From the NCBI RefSeq assembly GCF_963921235.1, contig NC_086126.1, positions 18,166,001-18,230,000 on the forward strand: 64,000 bases of DNA. Direction: 5' to 3'. The notes beneath the pieces are model-generated. The model was not told the DNA's origin. It saw only the letters and a program-made list of their open reading frames with translations, and did no database searches. The first letter of the stretch is position 1. Each line of letters opens with the position of its first letter. Source of the DNA: Mobula hypostoma. Lineage: Eukaryota. Below, one piece after another: positions 39,230 through 52,139 of this stretch. The position numbers were made by a program, and so were the translations under genes.

Positions 39230-41015
39230 GGACAAGCTGGGAACTACATGCAGGTCAGCCTGACATAAGTAGTGGGGAAGCTACTGGAGAGGATTCTGAG
39301 TCATGATGTACCAGTATTTGAATAGTGAATTAGGTGTCATAAGGGCTTTGTGCAGAGGGAGTTGTGGTTGGAGAATCTCTGAGTTTTTGAAGATGCAGGA
39401 GAGTAAAAAAGGTAGATGTGATATTATATTGACCTTGGAAAAAGTCTCACATGGCAGCCTGGTCTGGAAGGTTAGGCCCCATTGTATCCAGGGTGAGCGA
39501 GTCAGCTGGATTCAAAGTTGTCTTGGTGGTAGGAAGCAGAGGGTTGTGCTTGAAGGTTGTTTCACAGAATGGAGGTTGGTGATTAGCGGTGAGCCGCAGG
39601 GGCCAGAGTCTGGAGCCTCGGCATTCGTTATTTATATATTTGATTTACATACGATCAGCAAATGTTCTTGATAGCGAAGAAGATTGTCGCAGATTACAGG
39701 GGGACCGTGATCATTTCGGGAAGAGGGCCACAGCGTGGCAAATGTATTTCAATACAGGTAAGTGTGAGGCGGTGCATATTGGAAAGTCAAACCAGTGTAG
39801 AACTTATAACCATATAACAATTACAGCACAGACACAGGCCATCTCGGCCCTTCTAGTCTGTGCCAAACTCTTACTCTCACCTTGTCCCACTGACCTGCAC
39901 TCAGCCCATAACCCTCATTCCTTTCCTGTCCATATAGCTATTGAATTTAACTGTAAATTACAACATCGAACCTGCCTCAACCACTTCTGCTGGAAGCTCG
40001 CTCCACACAGCTACCACTCTCTGAATAAAGAAGTCCCCCCTCATGTTACCCCTAAACTTTTGCCCTTTAACTCTCAACTCATGTCCTCTTGTTTGAATCT
40101 CCCCCACTCTCAATGGAAAAAGCCTATCCACATCAACTCTATTTATCCCCCTCATAATTTTAAACACCTCCATCAAGTCCCCCCTCAACCTTCTATGCTC
40201 CAAAGAATAAAGACCCAACTTGTTCAACCTTTCTCTGTAACTTAGGAGATGAAACCCAGGTAACATTCTAGTAAATCTTCTCTGTACTCTCTCAATTTTT
40301 TTGACATCTTTCCTATAATTCAGTGACCAGAACTGTACACAATACTCTAAATTTGGCCTTACCAATGTCTTGTACAATTACAACATTATATACCAACTCC
40401 TATACTCAATGCTCTGATTTATAAAGGCCAGCATACCGAAAGCTTTCTTCACCACCCTATCCACATGAGATTCCACCTTCAGGGAACTATGCACCATTAT
40501 TCCTCGATCCCTCTGTTCTACTGCATTCTTCAATGCTCTACTATTTACCATGTATGTCCTATTTTGATTAGTCCCACCAAAATATAGCACCTCACATTTA
40601 TGAGCATTAAACTCCATCTGCGTTCTTTCAGCCCACTCTTCTAACTGGCCTAAATCAACTTACACTGTGAATGATCAGTCATTAGGGAGTGGAATGGACT
40701 GGAGAAATTTAGGGGTAAAGTGCACACACGGTTCATTGAAAGTGATATCACTGGTAGACAGGGTGATGAAGAACGTAACATGCTGGTCTTCATTAGTCAG
40801 GGGATTGAGTCTATCAGTTCGGACATTATGTTACAGTTGTGATAGTGACCGGAGGCCACACTTGCCGATTTGTGTGCAGCTCGTCACCGTTATAGGAAAC
40901 GGGGTTAAACTGGGGAGAGTGTAGAAAAGATTTCCAATGATGTTTCCTGGACCTGAGGTTCTCAGTTACACAGAGAATTTGGCCAGACAAGGTCTTTTGT
41001 CCTTTATTCCTTGGA
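39230..41015 (+). mobile_element. Decayed CR1 with a younger antisense CR1 3' end nested at ~39806-40655
   Basis: Plus: RKQRVVLEG...SGEPQG; minus ORFs 39958-40617 (YKTLVRPNLEYCVQFWS, FFIQRVVAVWSELP). Confidence 0.82.
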
Positions 41016-41119
41016 ATCAGAATCAGATTTATCAGTATTATATGACGAGGAACCTGTCGTTTTATTTTGATGGCCAAAATGCTGGAGGAACCCAGCAAGT
41101 CAGGCCGCATTTAGCACCA

Positions 41120-41157
41120 CAGTCCTGACGAAGGGTCCCGGCCCGAAACGTCGACTG
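41120..41157 (+). ncRNA. Intact minimal (type I-like) hammerhead ribozyme motif inside a short fold-back Penelope-derived element (~41075-41215)
   Basis: CAGTC (stem I) CTGACGA A GGGT-CCCG-GCCC (stem II) GAAAC GTC | GACTG (stem I'); predicted cleavage after C41152. Confidence 0.72.
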
Positions 41158-41639
41158 TACCTCTTCCTATGGATGCTGCCTGGCCTGCTAAGTTCACCAG
41201 ATTTTCTGTGTGTGGTGCTGGGAGCACAGTGTGTGCATTGTGTCAGAGAGAGTGTGTTTAAGGGGCGGGCGGCTTAGACTGGTGTCGCTGTGTTTGTGGG
41301 TCCGAACATATCGTAGGATTTCCCAGCGTCTCGTGAACAAAATGAAACAATTTCTCTGTTACGGAATTGCCTCACTCACCCGCTCAGTCCCGAAGCTGCA
41401 ATAAACCGCAAAGTTTTCGTTACTTTTAGTATTTCAGTCCGAAAGCAGAGAACAGGTCACCGATCGGGAGAGAGATCGCGGGCAGCGCAGTAATGAAACG
41501 GGTTAAGATAGAAAGTGCTGACTTTAATCCCGATTGAACTCTCTTTCCAGCGAACTTTCCGGCCTCAGTGACGGACAGGGACCAGTCCGAGTCCCCGGAG
41601 TGTCCGATTTTAATTGGAATCGGAGAGTTTTTGAGGAGA

Positions 41640-41720
41640 GAGAAACACAGAAAAATGAAATCTCCGGGAGCTGACAGCAGGATGTCTCCGCCCCGTCCGC
41701 TCGCTGCCTTTAAATTGCTC
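41640..41720 (+). promoter_or_regulatory. H1 promoter: H1 box, GC box, TATA-like
   Basis: AAACACA 41643-41649, CCGCCCC ~41688-41694, CCTTTAAAT 41707-41715; distal TGTGTTTA at 41253-41260. Confidence 0.72.
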
Positions 41721-41789
41721 TGTATCGCCGCCTTTCGCTTCATTTCTCATTCAGTCTGATTGTGAGAAGGATTTTCCAGAGTCGCCGAC

Positions 41790-42335
41790 ATGACCGAGAC
41801 AGCACCCGCCGAAACGGCTCCTCCAGCCGCACCCGCCGCCGCAAAGAAGAGTCCCAAGAAGAAGGCGGCCGGCCGGAGCAAACCAGCCGGTCCCAAGCTG
41901 GGCGAACAAATCGATAAGATTGTGGCGGATTGTCGCGATAGGAAGGGTATGTCCGCTGTGGCCATCATGAAGGCTCTGATCAGCAGCGGTGTCGATGTGG
42001 GGAAACGTCGCGCCCAGATCAGGATGTGCATCAGGAAGAGAGTGGAAAGCGGCTCCTTGGTTCAGACCAAGGGCGCGGGTCTTTCGGGATCCTTTAAATC
42101 CGGTCAAGGAAAAAGTGCCGTGAAAGTAGGGAAAAAAGCGAACAAGCCAACGGCAAAGAAATCTCCCAGCAAGAAGTCTGGCGCCAAGAAACCAGCGGCT
42201 AAGAAAGCGGCAGCGAAGAAACCAGCGGCCAAGAAAGCGGCAGCAAAGAAACCAGCGGCCAAGAAAGCCTCAGTGAAGAAACCAGCGGCCAAGAAAGCTG
42301 CGCCGAAGCCCAAGAAGACAGCAGTCAAAAAGTGA
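41790..42335 (+). CDS. H1: Linker histone H1 (181 aa), intact
   Basis: MTETAPAETAPPAAP N-tail, globular domain ending LVQTKGAGLSGSFK, K/A/P-rich tail; stem-loop downstream. Confidence 0.95.
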   Translation: MTETAPAETAPPAAPAAAKKSPKKKAAGRSKPAGPKLGEQIDKIVADCRDRKGMSAVAIMKALISSGVDVGKRRAQIRMCIRKRVESGSLVQTKGAGLSGSFKSGQGKSAVKVGKKANKPTAKKSPSKKSGAKKPAAKKAAAKKPAAKKAAAKKPAAKKASVKKPAAKKAAPKPKKTAVKK

Positions 42336-42372
42336 ATTGAGAATACACCATTTGTAAGTGTTTGAACCCAAC

Positions 42373-42411
42373 GGCTCTTCTCAGAGCCACCCACGTCTCA
42401 GAAAAGAGCTG
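42373..42411 (+). terminator. Histone 3' stem-loop and HDE (H1)
   Basis: GGCTCTTCTCAGAGCC 42373-42388 followed by ACCCA; AAAAGAGCTG 42402-42411. Confidence 0.95.
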
Positions 42412-42920
42412 ATCATGAATATTGTGATTCCCGCGCCGGGTCCGAATGAGTTTTCCAGGGGAACTTCTCGCATAAAACCCGATATTCCCGGTACCTCGCT
42501 GACATTCAGTGGGGCAGTGACGCCCCAGATTTGAAGTGAAACACTCGAGTTTCACTCAGGCTGTGTGTGTGAGTGAGAGAGAGAGAGAGATTCCGCGCCT
42601 CACACCCCAAGACCCGATTCAGCTGAGTTGATTGGGAACTACTCAAAAACCTATGTGAGAGTGGAAGGGGCGTCCTGAGAGACGGATCTGTCTCTGCGGA
42701 TGGGCTGCAGGGGGAAGATACATGATAAACTACCCCGTGGCATTGCCGACTGACCTTCATTCAGTTACCAGCCACAAAACTACATAAGTTTATTCACACA
42801 AAACGGCAACATTAAATATGTACTAGACAGTGAAACCGAACAACCCCATCAGGAGGGCAGATCATCACTACAATAATACAATGATCAGCAAGCGACAGCC
42901 CTGTCCTTTGCTGTGGTAGT

Positions 42921-42936
42921 GGCTCTTAAAAGAGCC
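42921..42936 (-). terminator. Histone 3' stem-loop (H3)
   Basis: Minus strand GGCTCTTTTAAGAGCC. Confidence 0.95.
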
Positions 42937-42965
42937 TTTTCTTGTGTTTGTTGTGGAGGCCGGGT

Positions 42966-43382
<417 letters not shown>

Positions 43383-43444
43383 TCAGAACTGAGAACACAG
43401 GCTGAAACACAGGAACAAGATAGACGGAACGTCCTCCGGGACAG

Positions 43445-43640
43445 GATTTTATACTGTTGGAAAGGGTCTTCCCGTCAGCTCTGATTGGCTGAACCAGGTT
43501 CCTTTCTGCGATTGGTTGATACATTTCCTGCAGGCTGGGGGCGAATAACAAGTTACGACAAAATTAGGAAACTGACCGGCGGTCGGATTTCATTCATGCA
43601 GTGTGATTGGCGCAGAATTATTTAAAATCGCCCGCCAATT
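43445..43640 (-). promoter_or_regulatory. H3 promoter: TATA, three CCAAT boxes, E2F/CHR-like composite
   Basis: TATAAAA 43453-43447; CCAAT at 43488, 43515, 43610 (-); TTGGCGGG-CGAT-TTTAAA 43638-43621. Confidence 0.8.
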
Positions 43641-43976
43641 TCAGAGCACCCAGCAACGGTGCTTGATTACATTTTATTTACAATTAATTGTATGACGGAT
43701 TATACAATTTCAGTTTAATTTAATAAATTTAATATCTAATTTCCTCAGTTATGATTTAACGAGTGAACTTATTTCTGTTCCTATTTCTGATAAAAGGATT
43801 AAGATCGACCTTAATGCAGCCAGAGATTTTATTGTCATCACGGACTGGAAAGGCATGTTCGCAGGTAGATTTCAAGCGGAACCGAATAATCTGTTGCAAA
43901 TATTACAGCTGAATATATCGATTTTAAAAAATAATTAAAATGTTGTAGATACGGCTCCGTCAGTGAGGCGGTGGGT

Positions 43977-43992
43977 GGCTCTTAGAAGAGCC
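43977..43992 (-). terminator. Histone 3' stem-loop (H4)
   Basis: Minus strand GGCTCTTCTAAGAGCC followed by ACCCA. Confidence 0.95.
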
Positions 43993-44025
43993 TTTGTTTT
44001 GCGCTCGGGAGGAGGTGGGAGTTTT

Positions 44026-44346
<321 letters not shown>

Positions 44347-44384
44347 TCACTCAGGTCGCTGCTCACTGACAAACTGCCTGCTGC

Positions 44385-44550
44385 TGTCTCCTTTTATACA
44401 CAGCCCCCCGACCTGCCCGAGAAACGCGCAGAGGGACAGAGGCGGGAAGGGGAGGAGACAGAGTCAGAGTGACGGACAGAGCTGAGAGCGGCCTCTCATC
44501 GTCCAGCTCCGCCTTCACGTTACCACAACCGCCAATTTCCAACGATTCAT
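44385..44550 (-). promoter_or_regulatory. H4 promoter
   Basis: Minus strand TTTCTCGGGCAGGTCGG (GGTC-containing H4-box-like) then TATAAAAGG 44398-44390; conserved in the orphan copy at 58513-58700. Confidence 0.75.
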
Positions 44551-44949
44551 CCGACACAAAGCGCTCCAGCGAAAACAAAACTCCTTCACACACCAGGCAC
44601 TTACTGAGTCTGGGAATTTGCCAATTCTCCTGCTTTAAATAATAGGAACAGTTTTACCATTCCGCAAATCCCCGAGGACCTCGGTCTGTCCCTAACGGCC
44701 CCATGACCAGTACGAGCGCCCTCACTCACAGCAGTTGGTGGGCGAGGGTGCGGTCACTTCTAGTGATGAGAGGGTTGATTCAGTAGAACAATTGTTCCTC
44801 TGGGTCGCCAGGGAAATTAAAGACCGGTCACATAACCAGGATACATAACCAGATATATAAACACCGTGCTTCTGGCGCCTTCTGAAGCTCAGGTAAAGAA
44901 GTGGCTGAGGAGGTGGGTGGGGGCTTCAGGTACAAAGATCATTGGACTC

Positions 44950-46520
44950 TCGAAATGAAGGGGAGACGGGTCCAAGGAGGAGGGGAAACAATATGTTTTG
45001 GGGAGGTTTCCTCGAGCTACACGCAAGGGTTTAAACGAGCAGGAATTAGGTCCTACATAGTCATTTTGGGTTAAAGAAGCAGGACTTCCAGGATTGTAAT
45101 CTCAGAATTGTGACCTAAACCATGAGCTAGTGTGGTGAGAAATCGATATTTCGTCCAGTTTAAGATGTTGCTGAGGAACTGAGCAGGAGGGAGGTCTTCA
45201 GATTTATGGATCAATGGGCACCTTCCAGGCAGGTGGGAGACTGGGACAAACAGGATCATTTGCATCTGAACAGGAGGGGAACCAATATCTTCACCAGGAG
45301 GTTTTATGTTGTCGGACGGACAGGGCTGGCAGCTCAACATTCCTGGGTTTGATTGTTTTACATGTGAGGGGGGGTTAAAAGATGCAGAGGTCACCCCACG
45401 GGGAATGTCACAGCAAACTGGAAGGTTCATTTTCAGAGGCAATCTGCAGTTACACTGTTGGGATGTTTGAATTGGCCCCACAATAACCAGTGGGGGAACT
45501 TTATCTTCCCTAGAATTGACTAGGACTTGCTTAATTCTTAGATGCGCAAAATTTCTTCAGTGAATCCGAGGAGTGTTTGAAACATTATGCACAGAGTCCA
45601 ACCAGAGGTGAGAACAGATGGGAATTAGTTTTTGGAAATGAGCCAGGCCAGGTGACAGCTAAGAGTCGGTGAACATCTTGGGAACAGTGATCACAACTTT
45701 TTTTTTTCTTTGTTACAAGTAAAAATAAAAGTAGATCTTGTATGAAGGTACTAAATTGCAGGAGGACAAGTCAGGACAGAGTAAGACAGAAGCCAAGGGG
45801 CATTGATTGGGAGCAGCCAGTGTCAGGCAAATCCACATCTGACATGTGGGAGTTGTTTACAGACCAGCAACTGGGAGTTCAAGATCAGCATGTTCTGGTG
45901 AGGAGTGAGAAGGATGTTAAGTAAGGGATCTTTAGACAAGCAGAGAGATCCTAAATTTAGTCAAAAGGATATGGAAGGTTTATGAAGCTAAAGTCAGACT
46001 GGGTATCGTTGGAATATAAAGATAGCAGGGAAATGCTAAAGCAGGTGATAGGAAAGGCCAAAAGGAACACAAAATGTCCTTGCAATGTGGGACCAAAGAT
46101 AATCCCAAGGCCTTTTGATTTGTATTAGTAAGACGAGGATAACCAGAGAATGGAAAAGTCGACTGAAGATTAAAGGAGGAATGATGTGGTTAAAGTCAGA
46201 CCAAGTGGCTGAGATACTGAATGAGTACGTTGTATCAGTATTTACCGAGGTGAAGGAATTGAATGGCAATGAAAACAGAGTGGGACATGCTAATATGCAG
46301 AGATGTGTTGAAACTAAGGAGGCAGTTGTGCTGGAATGTCTGAAAATCAATAAGATGGATAAGACTCCAGGGCCTGAAGGCATTTATCCTACAATACTGA
46401 AGGAAGATTGCTGGGGATTTGACAAGGCTCTATGTGTCCTCGATCACAACATGCGAGGTCCCACAGGACTGGAGTGTAGCAAATGTTACAGCTTTGATCA
46501 AGAAGGGAAATAACAAGAAT
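44950..46520 (+). mobile_element. Decayed CR1 LINE fragment
   Basis: EILNEYVVSVFT, DKTPGPEGIYPTILKE, GNSDHN-like sequence. Confidence 0.7.
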
Positions 46521-46524
46521 CCAG

Positions 46525-49500
46525 GAGCTGCAGCTCCTTTTGGACAGTGTTAGGGAACTGGAGATGCAGCTCGATGACCTTCGTCTGGTCAGGGAAAGTG
46601 AGGCGGTGATAGAGAGGAGCTATAGGCAGGTAGTCACTCCGGGGCCTGGGGAGACAGATAAGTGGGTAACAGGCTGGAGAGGGAAGGGCAAGAGGCAGAT
46701 GCTAGAGAGTACCCCAGTGTCCGTCACACATAACAATAAGTACTCCTGTTTGAGTACTGTTGCGGGGGGGGGAACAACCTACATGGGGGAAACAGCAGTG
46801 GCCACGTCTCTATCACAGAGTCTGACCCTGTGGCCCAGAAGGGCAGGGAAAGGAAGAGGATGGCAGCAGTGATAGGGGACTCTATAGTTAGGAGGTTAGA
46901 CAGGCAATTCTGTGGGTGCAGGAAAGAAACGCAGAGAGTTATTTTGCCTCCCTGGTGTCAGGGTTAGGGATGTTTCTGATCGCGTCCACGATATCTTGAA
47001 GTGGGAAGAACAGCCAGAGGTTGTGGTACATATTGGTACCAACGACGTGTAGAAAAAGGGAGGAGGTCCTGAAAACAGACAACAGGGAGTTTGGAAGGAA
47101 GTTCAGCAGCAGGACCTCAAAGGTAGTAATCTCGGGATTACTGCCTGTGCCATGTGACAGTGACTATAGGAATAGAATGAGGTGGAGGATAAATACCTGG
47201 CTGAGGGATTGGAGCAGGGGGCAGGGATTCAGATTTCTGGTTCTTTGGGACCTCTTTTGGGGCAGGTGTGACCTGTACGAAAGGGACGAGGTGCACTTGA
47301 ATCCGAAGGGGACCAATATCCGAGCGGGGAGGTTTGCTAAGGCTATTGGGGAGCGTTTAAACTAGAATTGCTGGTGGGTGAGAACCGAACTGAAGTGACG
47401 GGGGAAAGGGAGGTTGGCACTCAAATAGAGAAAGCTTGGAAAAGGAGGATACGCAGGTGATAGAGAAGGAATGCACTCAGACTGATGGTTTGAGATGTGT
47501 CTATTTTAATGCAAGGAGTATTATGAACGAAGTGGATGACCTTAGAGTGTGGATCAGCACTTGGAGCTATAACGTTGTGGCCATCGCAGAGACTTGGATA
47601 GTGCAGGGGCAGGAACGGCTACTTCAAGTGCCAGGCTTTAGATGTTTCAGAAGGGACAGGGAGGGAGGCAAAACAGGTGTGGGCATGACACTGTTGATCA
47701 GGGGTAGTGTCACAGCTGCAGAAAAGGAGGAAGTCATGGAGAGGTTGTCTACGGAGTGTCTGTGGGTGGAAGTTGGGAATAGGAAGGGGTCAATAACTCC
47801 ACAGGGTGTTTTTTACAGACCACCCAATAGTAACAGGGACATCGAGGAGCTGATAGGGAGACAAATTCTGCAAAGGTGTAACAATAACAGAGTTGTTGTG
47901 GTGGGAGATTTTAATTTCCCCAAATATTGAATGGCATCTCCCTAGAGTGAGGAGTTTTGATGGGTTGGAGTTTGTTAGGTGTGTTCAGGAAGGTTTCTTG
48001 ATACAATATGTAGAGAAGCCTACAAGAGGAGAGGCTGTGCTTGATCTGGTATTGGGAAATGAACCTGGTCAGGTGTCAGGTCTCTCAGTGGGAGGGCATT
48101 TTGGAGATAGTGATCACAATTCTATCTCCTTTACCATAGTATAGGAGAGGAATAGGAACAGACAAGTTAGGGAAACATTTAATTGGAGTAAGGGGAAACA
48201 TGAAGCTATCAGGCAAGAAATTGGAAGCATAAATTGGAAACAGATGTTCTCAAGGAAAGGTACAGAAGAAATGTGGCAAATCCTCAGGGGATATTTGTGT
48301 GGGGTTCTGCATAGGTACGTTCCAATGAGACAGGGAAAGGACGGTAGGGTACAGGAACCATCCTGTACAAAGGTGTTAGTAAATCTAGTCAAGAAGAAAA
48401 GAACTGCTTACGAACGGTTCAGAAAAACTAGGTAAAGATAAGAATCTAGAAGACTATAAGGCTAGCAGGAAGGAGCTTAAGAATAAAATTAGGAGAGCCA
48501 GAAGGTGCCATGCGAAGGCCTTGGCAGACAGGATGAAGGAAAACCCCAAGGCATTCTACAAGTATGTGAAGAGCAATAGGATATGACTTCAGTATTCACT
48601 ACGGAAAATGATCCTGGTGATTGTAGGGACGACTTGCAAGTGACTGAAAAGCTTGAGCATATAGATATTAAGGATGTACAGGAGCTTTTGGAAAGCATCA
48701 AGTTGGATAAGTCACTGGGACTGGACAGGAAGCTGGAAGTGAGGGAGGAGATTGCTGAGCCTCTGGCGATGATCTTTGCATCATCAATAATGACGGGAGA
48801 GGTTCCGGAGGATTGGAGGGTTGCGAACATTGTTCCCTTATTCAAGAAAGGGAGTAGAGATAGCCCAGGAAATTATAGACCAGTGAGTCTTACTTTAGTG
48901 GTTGGTAAGTTGATGGAGAAGATTCTGACAGGCAGGATTTATGAACATTTGGAGAGGCATAATATGATTAGGAATAGTCAGCATGGCTTTGTCAAAGGCA
49001 GGTCATGCCTTACGAGCCTGATTAAATTTTCTTAGCATTTCACTAAACGCATTGATGAAGGTAGAGCCCCAGGTGTCATGTATATGGATTTCAGCACGGG
49101 ATTTGATAAGGTACCCCATGCCAGGCTTATTGAGAAAGTAAGGAGGCATGGGATCCAAGGGGACGTTGCTTTATGGATCCAGAACTGGCTTGCCCACAGA
49201 AGGCAAAGAGTGGTTGTAGATGGGTCATATTCTGCTTGGAGGTTGGTGACCAGTGGTGTGCCTCAGGGATCTGTTCTGGGACCCCGAGTCTTCATGATAT
49301 TTATAAATGACCTGGATGAGGAAGTGGAGGAATGGGTTAGTAAATTTGCTGATGACACAAAGGTTGGAGGTGTTGTGGATAATGTGGAGGGCTCTCAGAA
49401 GTTACAGCGGGACATTGGTAGGATGCAAAACTGGGCTGAGAAGTGGCAGATGGAGTTCAACCCAGATAAGTGTGAGGTGGTTCAGTTTGGTAGGTCAAAT

Positions 49501-50240
49501 ATGATGTCAGAATATAGCAATAATGGTAAGACTCTTGGCAGTGTGGAGGATCAGAGGGATCTTGGGGTCTGAGCCCATAGGACACTCAAAGCTGCTACGC
49601 AGGTTGACTCTGGTTAAGATGGCATCTGCTGAATTGACCTTCATCAACTGTGGGATTGAGTTTAAGAGCCAAGAGGTAATGTTGCAGCTGTATAGAACCC
49701 TGGTCAGACCCCACTTAGATACTGTGCTCAATTCTGGTTGCTTCACTACAGGAAGGACATGGTAACCATAGAAAGGGTGCAGAGGAGATTTACAAGGATG
49801 TTGCCTGGATTGGGGAGCATGCCTTATGAGAATAGGTTGAGTGAACTTGGCCTTTTCTCCTTGGAGTGACAAAGGATGAAAGGTGACCTGATAGCTCTGT
49901 ACAAGATAGTGAGAGGCATTGAGCGTGTGGATAGTCAGAGGCTTTTTCCCAGGGCTGAAATAGCTAGCATGAGGGAGCATAGTTTTAAGGTGCTTGGAAG
50001 TAGGTACAGAGGAGATGTTTTATCTACACAGAGAGTGGTGAGTGTGTGGACTTGGCTGCCGGCGGAAGCAGTAGAGGCGGAACGATGGGGTCTTTTAAGA
50101 GACGCCTGGATGGATCCATGCAGCTTAGAAACACAGAGGGCTATGGGTAAGCCGAGGTAATTCTAAGGTAAGGACATGATCGGTTCAGCTTTGTGGGCTG
50201 AAGGGCCTGTATTGAGCTGTAGGTTTTCTATGTTTCTATG
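46525..50240 (+). mobile_element. Near full-length CR1 LINE (ORF1 plus ORF2), disrupted
   Basis: ORF1: VRELEMQLDDLR, GDSIVR, KVVISGLLPVP; ORF2: [53 protein letters not shown]; tail TTTCTATGTTTCTATG. Confidence 0.93.
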
Positions 50241-50409
50241 GGCAGGGCAGCCTCATTTCAGTGGTAGAGAAGCTACTGGGGAGGATATTCAGGTACAGGA
50301 TTTATGCACATTTGGAAGGGCATGGGCTGCTTGGGGACAATCAGCATGGCTTTGTGTGGGCAGATCACACACGACAAAGTTGCTCGAGGTTTGTGAGGTG
50401 GGATACAGA

Positions 50410-50930
50410 CTATAAGATATAGGAGTAGAATTTGACCATTTGGCCCATCGAGTCTGCTCCGACATTTCATTGTGGCTGATCCATTTTCCCTCTCAGCCCC
50501 AATCTCCTGCCTTCTCCATGTGTCCCTTCATGCTCTGACCAATCAAGAATCTATCAATCTCTACCTTAAATATACATGAAGTCTTGGATCAAGAGCTGCC
50601 TGTGGCAATGAATTCCACAGATTCACCACTCTGTGGCTTAAGGAATTCCTCATCTCCACATTCTACAAGGATCCTCTACTCTGAGCCTGTGTCCTCTGGT
50701 CTCAGATACTCCCATCCTCTGCACATCCAATTTATCAAGGCCTTTCACTATTTGATATTCCAGTGAATCAGCCCCAGAGCCATTAAACACTCTTCATATG
50801 ACAAGCTGTTGAATCCTGGAATCAATTTCGAGAACATCCTTTGAACCCATCCTTGCTAAGATAAAGGGCCCAAAACTGCTCACAATACTCCAAGTCAGAC
50901 CTCCCCAGTACTTTATAAAGTCTGATCATT
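50410..50930 (-). mobile_element. CR1 3' fragment
   Basis: Close similarity to 450-915. Confidence 0.7.
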
Positions 50931-51219
50931 ATTATGATTGGCGCAGATATTGTGGGCCAAGGGGCAGGTAGCCATCTATTCCATATTGTGCATTGACGAA
51001 TATGTTTAATCTACCAGCTATTGCAGGGACATGGTTAAGGAGACTGGGACTGGGAATTCGACCTTCCATCATGTTCAATGTTCCACACAGAATCGGCAAA
51101 ATGGAAAGGAGCAGGGTGGATTTGTTCATAATGTGCTGGTGAAGGAGTGGATACAGTGCCTATAAAAAAAAATTCAGTCTCCTTCGGTTATTATGTTTTA
51201 TTGTTTTGCAATGGATTTA

Positions 51220-51546
51220 AATGTCTCCCATCCCCTACATAATGTACTGGGTGGGCACAGGAGTACATTCAGCCAGAGACTCATCCCACCGAGATGCAGC
51301 ACAGAGCGTCATAGGAAGTCATTCCTGCCTGTGACCATCAAACTTTACAACTCCTCCCTTGGAGGGTCAGACACCCTGAGCCAATAGGCTGATCCTGGAC
51401 TTATTTCATAATTTACTGGCATAATTTACATATTACTATTTAACTATTTATGGTTCTATTACTATTTATTATTTATGGTGCAACTGTAACGAAAACCAAT
51501 TTCCCTCCAGATCAATAAAGTATGACTACTACCACTACTACTACTA
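51220..51546 (+). mobile_element. Rex1/Babar-like LINE 3' end
   Basis: NVSHPLHNVL..STFSQRLIPPRCSTERHRKSFLP; AATAAA then (CTA)n tail. Confidence 0.78.
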
Positions 51547-52139
51547 TGTACTGCATTGAACTGCTGCTGCTACATTAACAAATTTCATGACACACACCGG
51601 TAATAAACCTGATTCTGGTTCTGACTCTGAATTCATCCCCACAGACGGCTGTGGCCAATTCACTGGGTATATTTCATGTGGAGGTTCTTGACTGTGGGGA
51701 CGAAAAGAGGATTTGAGAGGGTTAAGAGATCTGTCATGATCTCTTACTCCTGGCAGAATGGTGCAGCAGACTGGATGGGCCAAATGGCCTAATTCTGCTC
51801 CTGTGTTTTATGGTCTGATGGTCTAGGAGCAGCTGCAGGACATTTCAAATGGAAGGCTGAGCAGTCAGACATCGTGGTGGACGGTGCATGTTGGTAATAG
51901 CAACGTAGGGAGGAGGAGGGATGTGGTCCTGTGCAGTAAATTTAGAGAAATAAGACAGAAATTAAAAAGTAGTAAGCTGTGTATTACTCCCAGTGACACT
52001 TGTTAGTGCAGGGAGATATAGAAAGATACCACTGATGAATGTGTGGCTGAGGAGCTGGTGCAGGGGACAGAGATTTAGTTTTATCAATCAATGGGACATC
52101 TTCTAGCACTAACTGTTCACTGCCTCGGGTCTTCTAGGG

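Noticed and set aside
38905-39235. Possible coding exon in unique-looking sequence
   Set aside because: No recognisable protein motif or convincing splice signals in any frame examined
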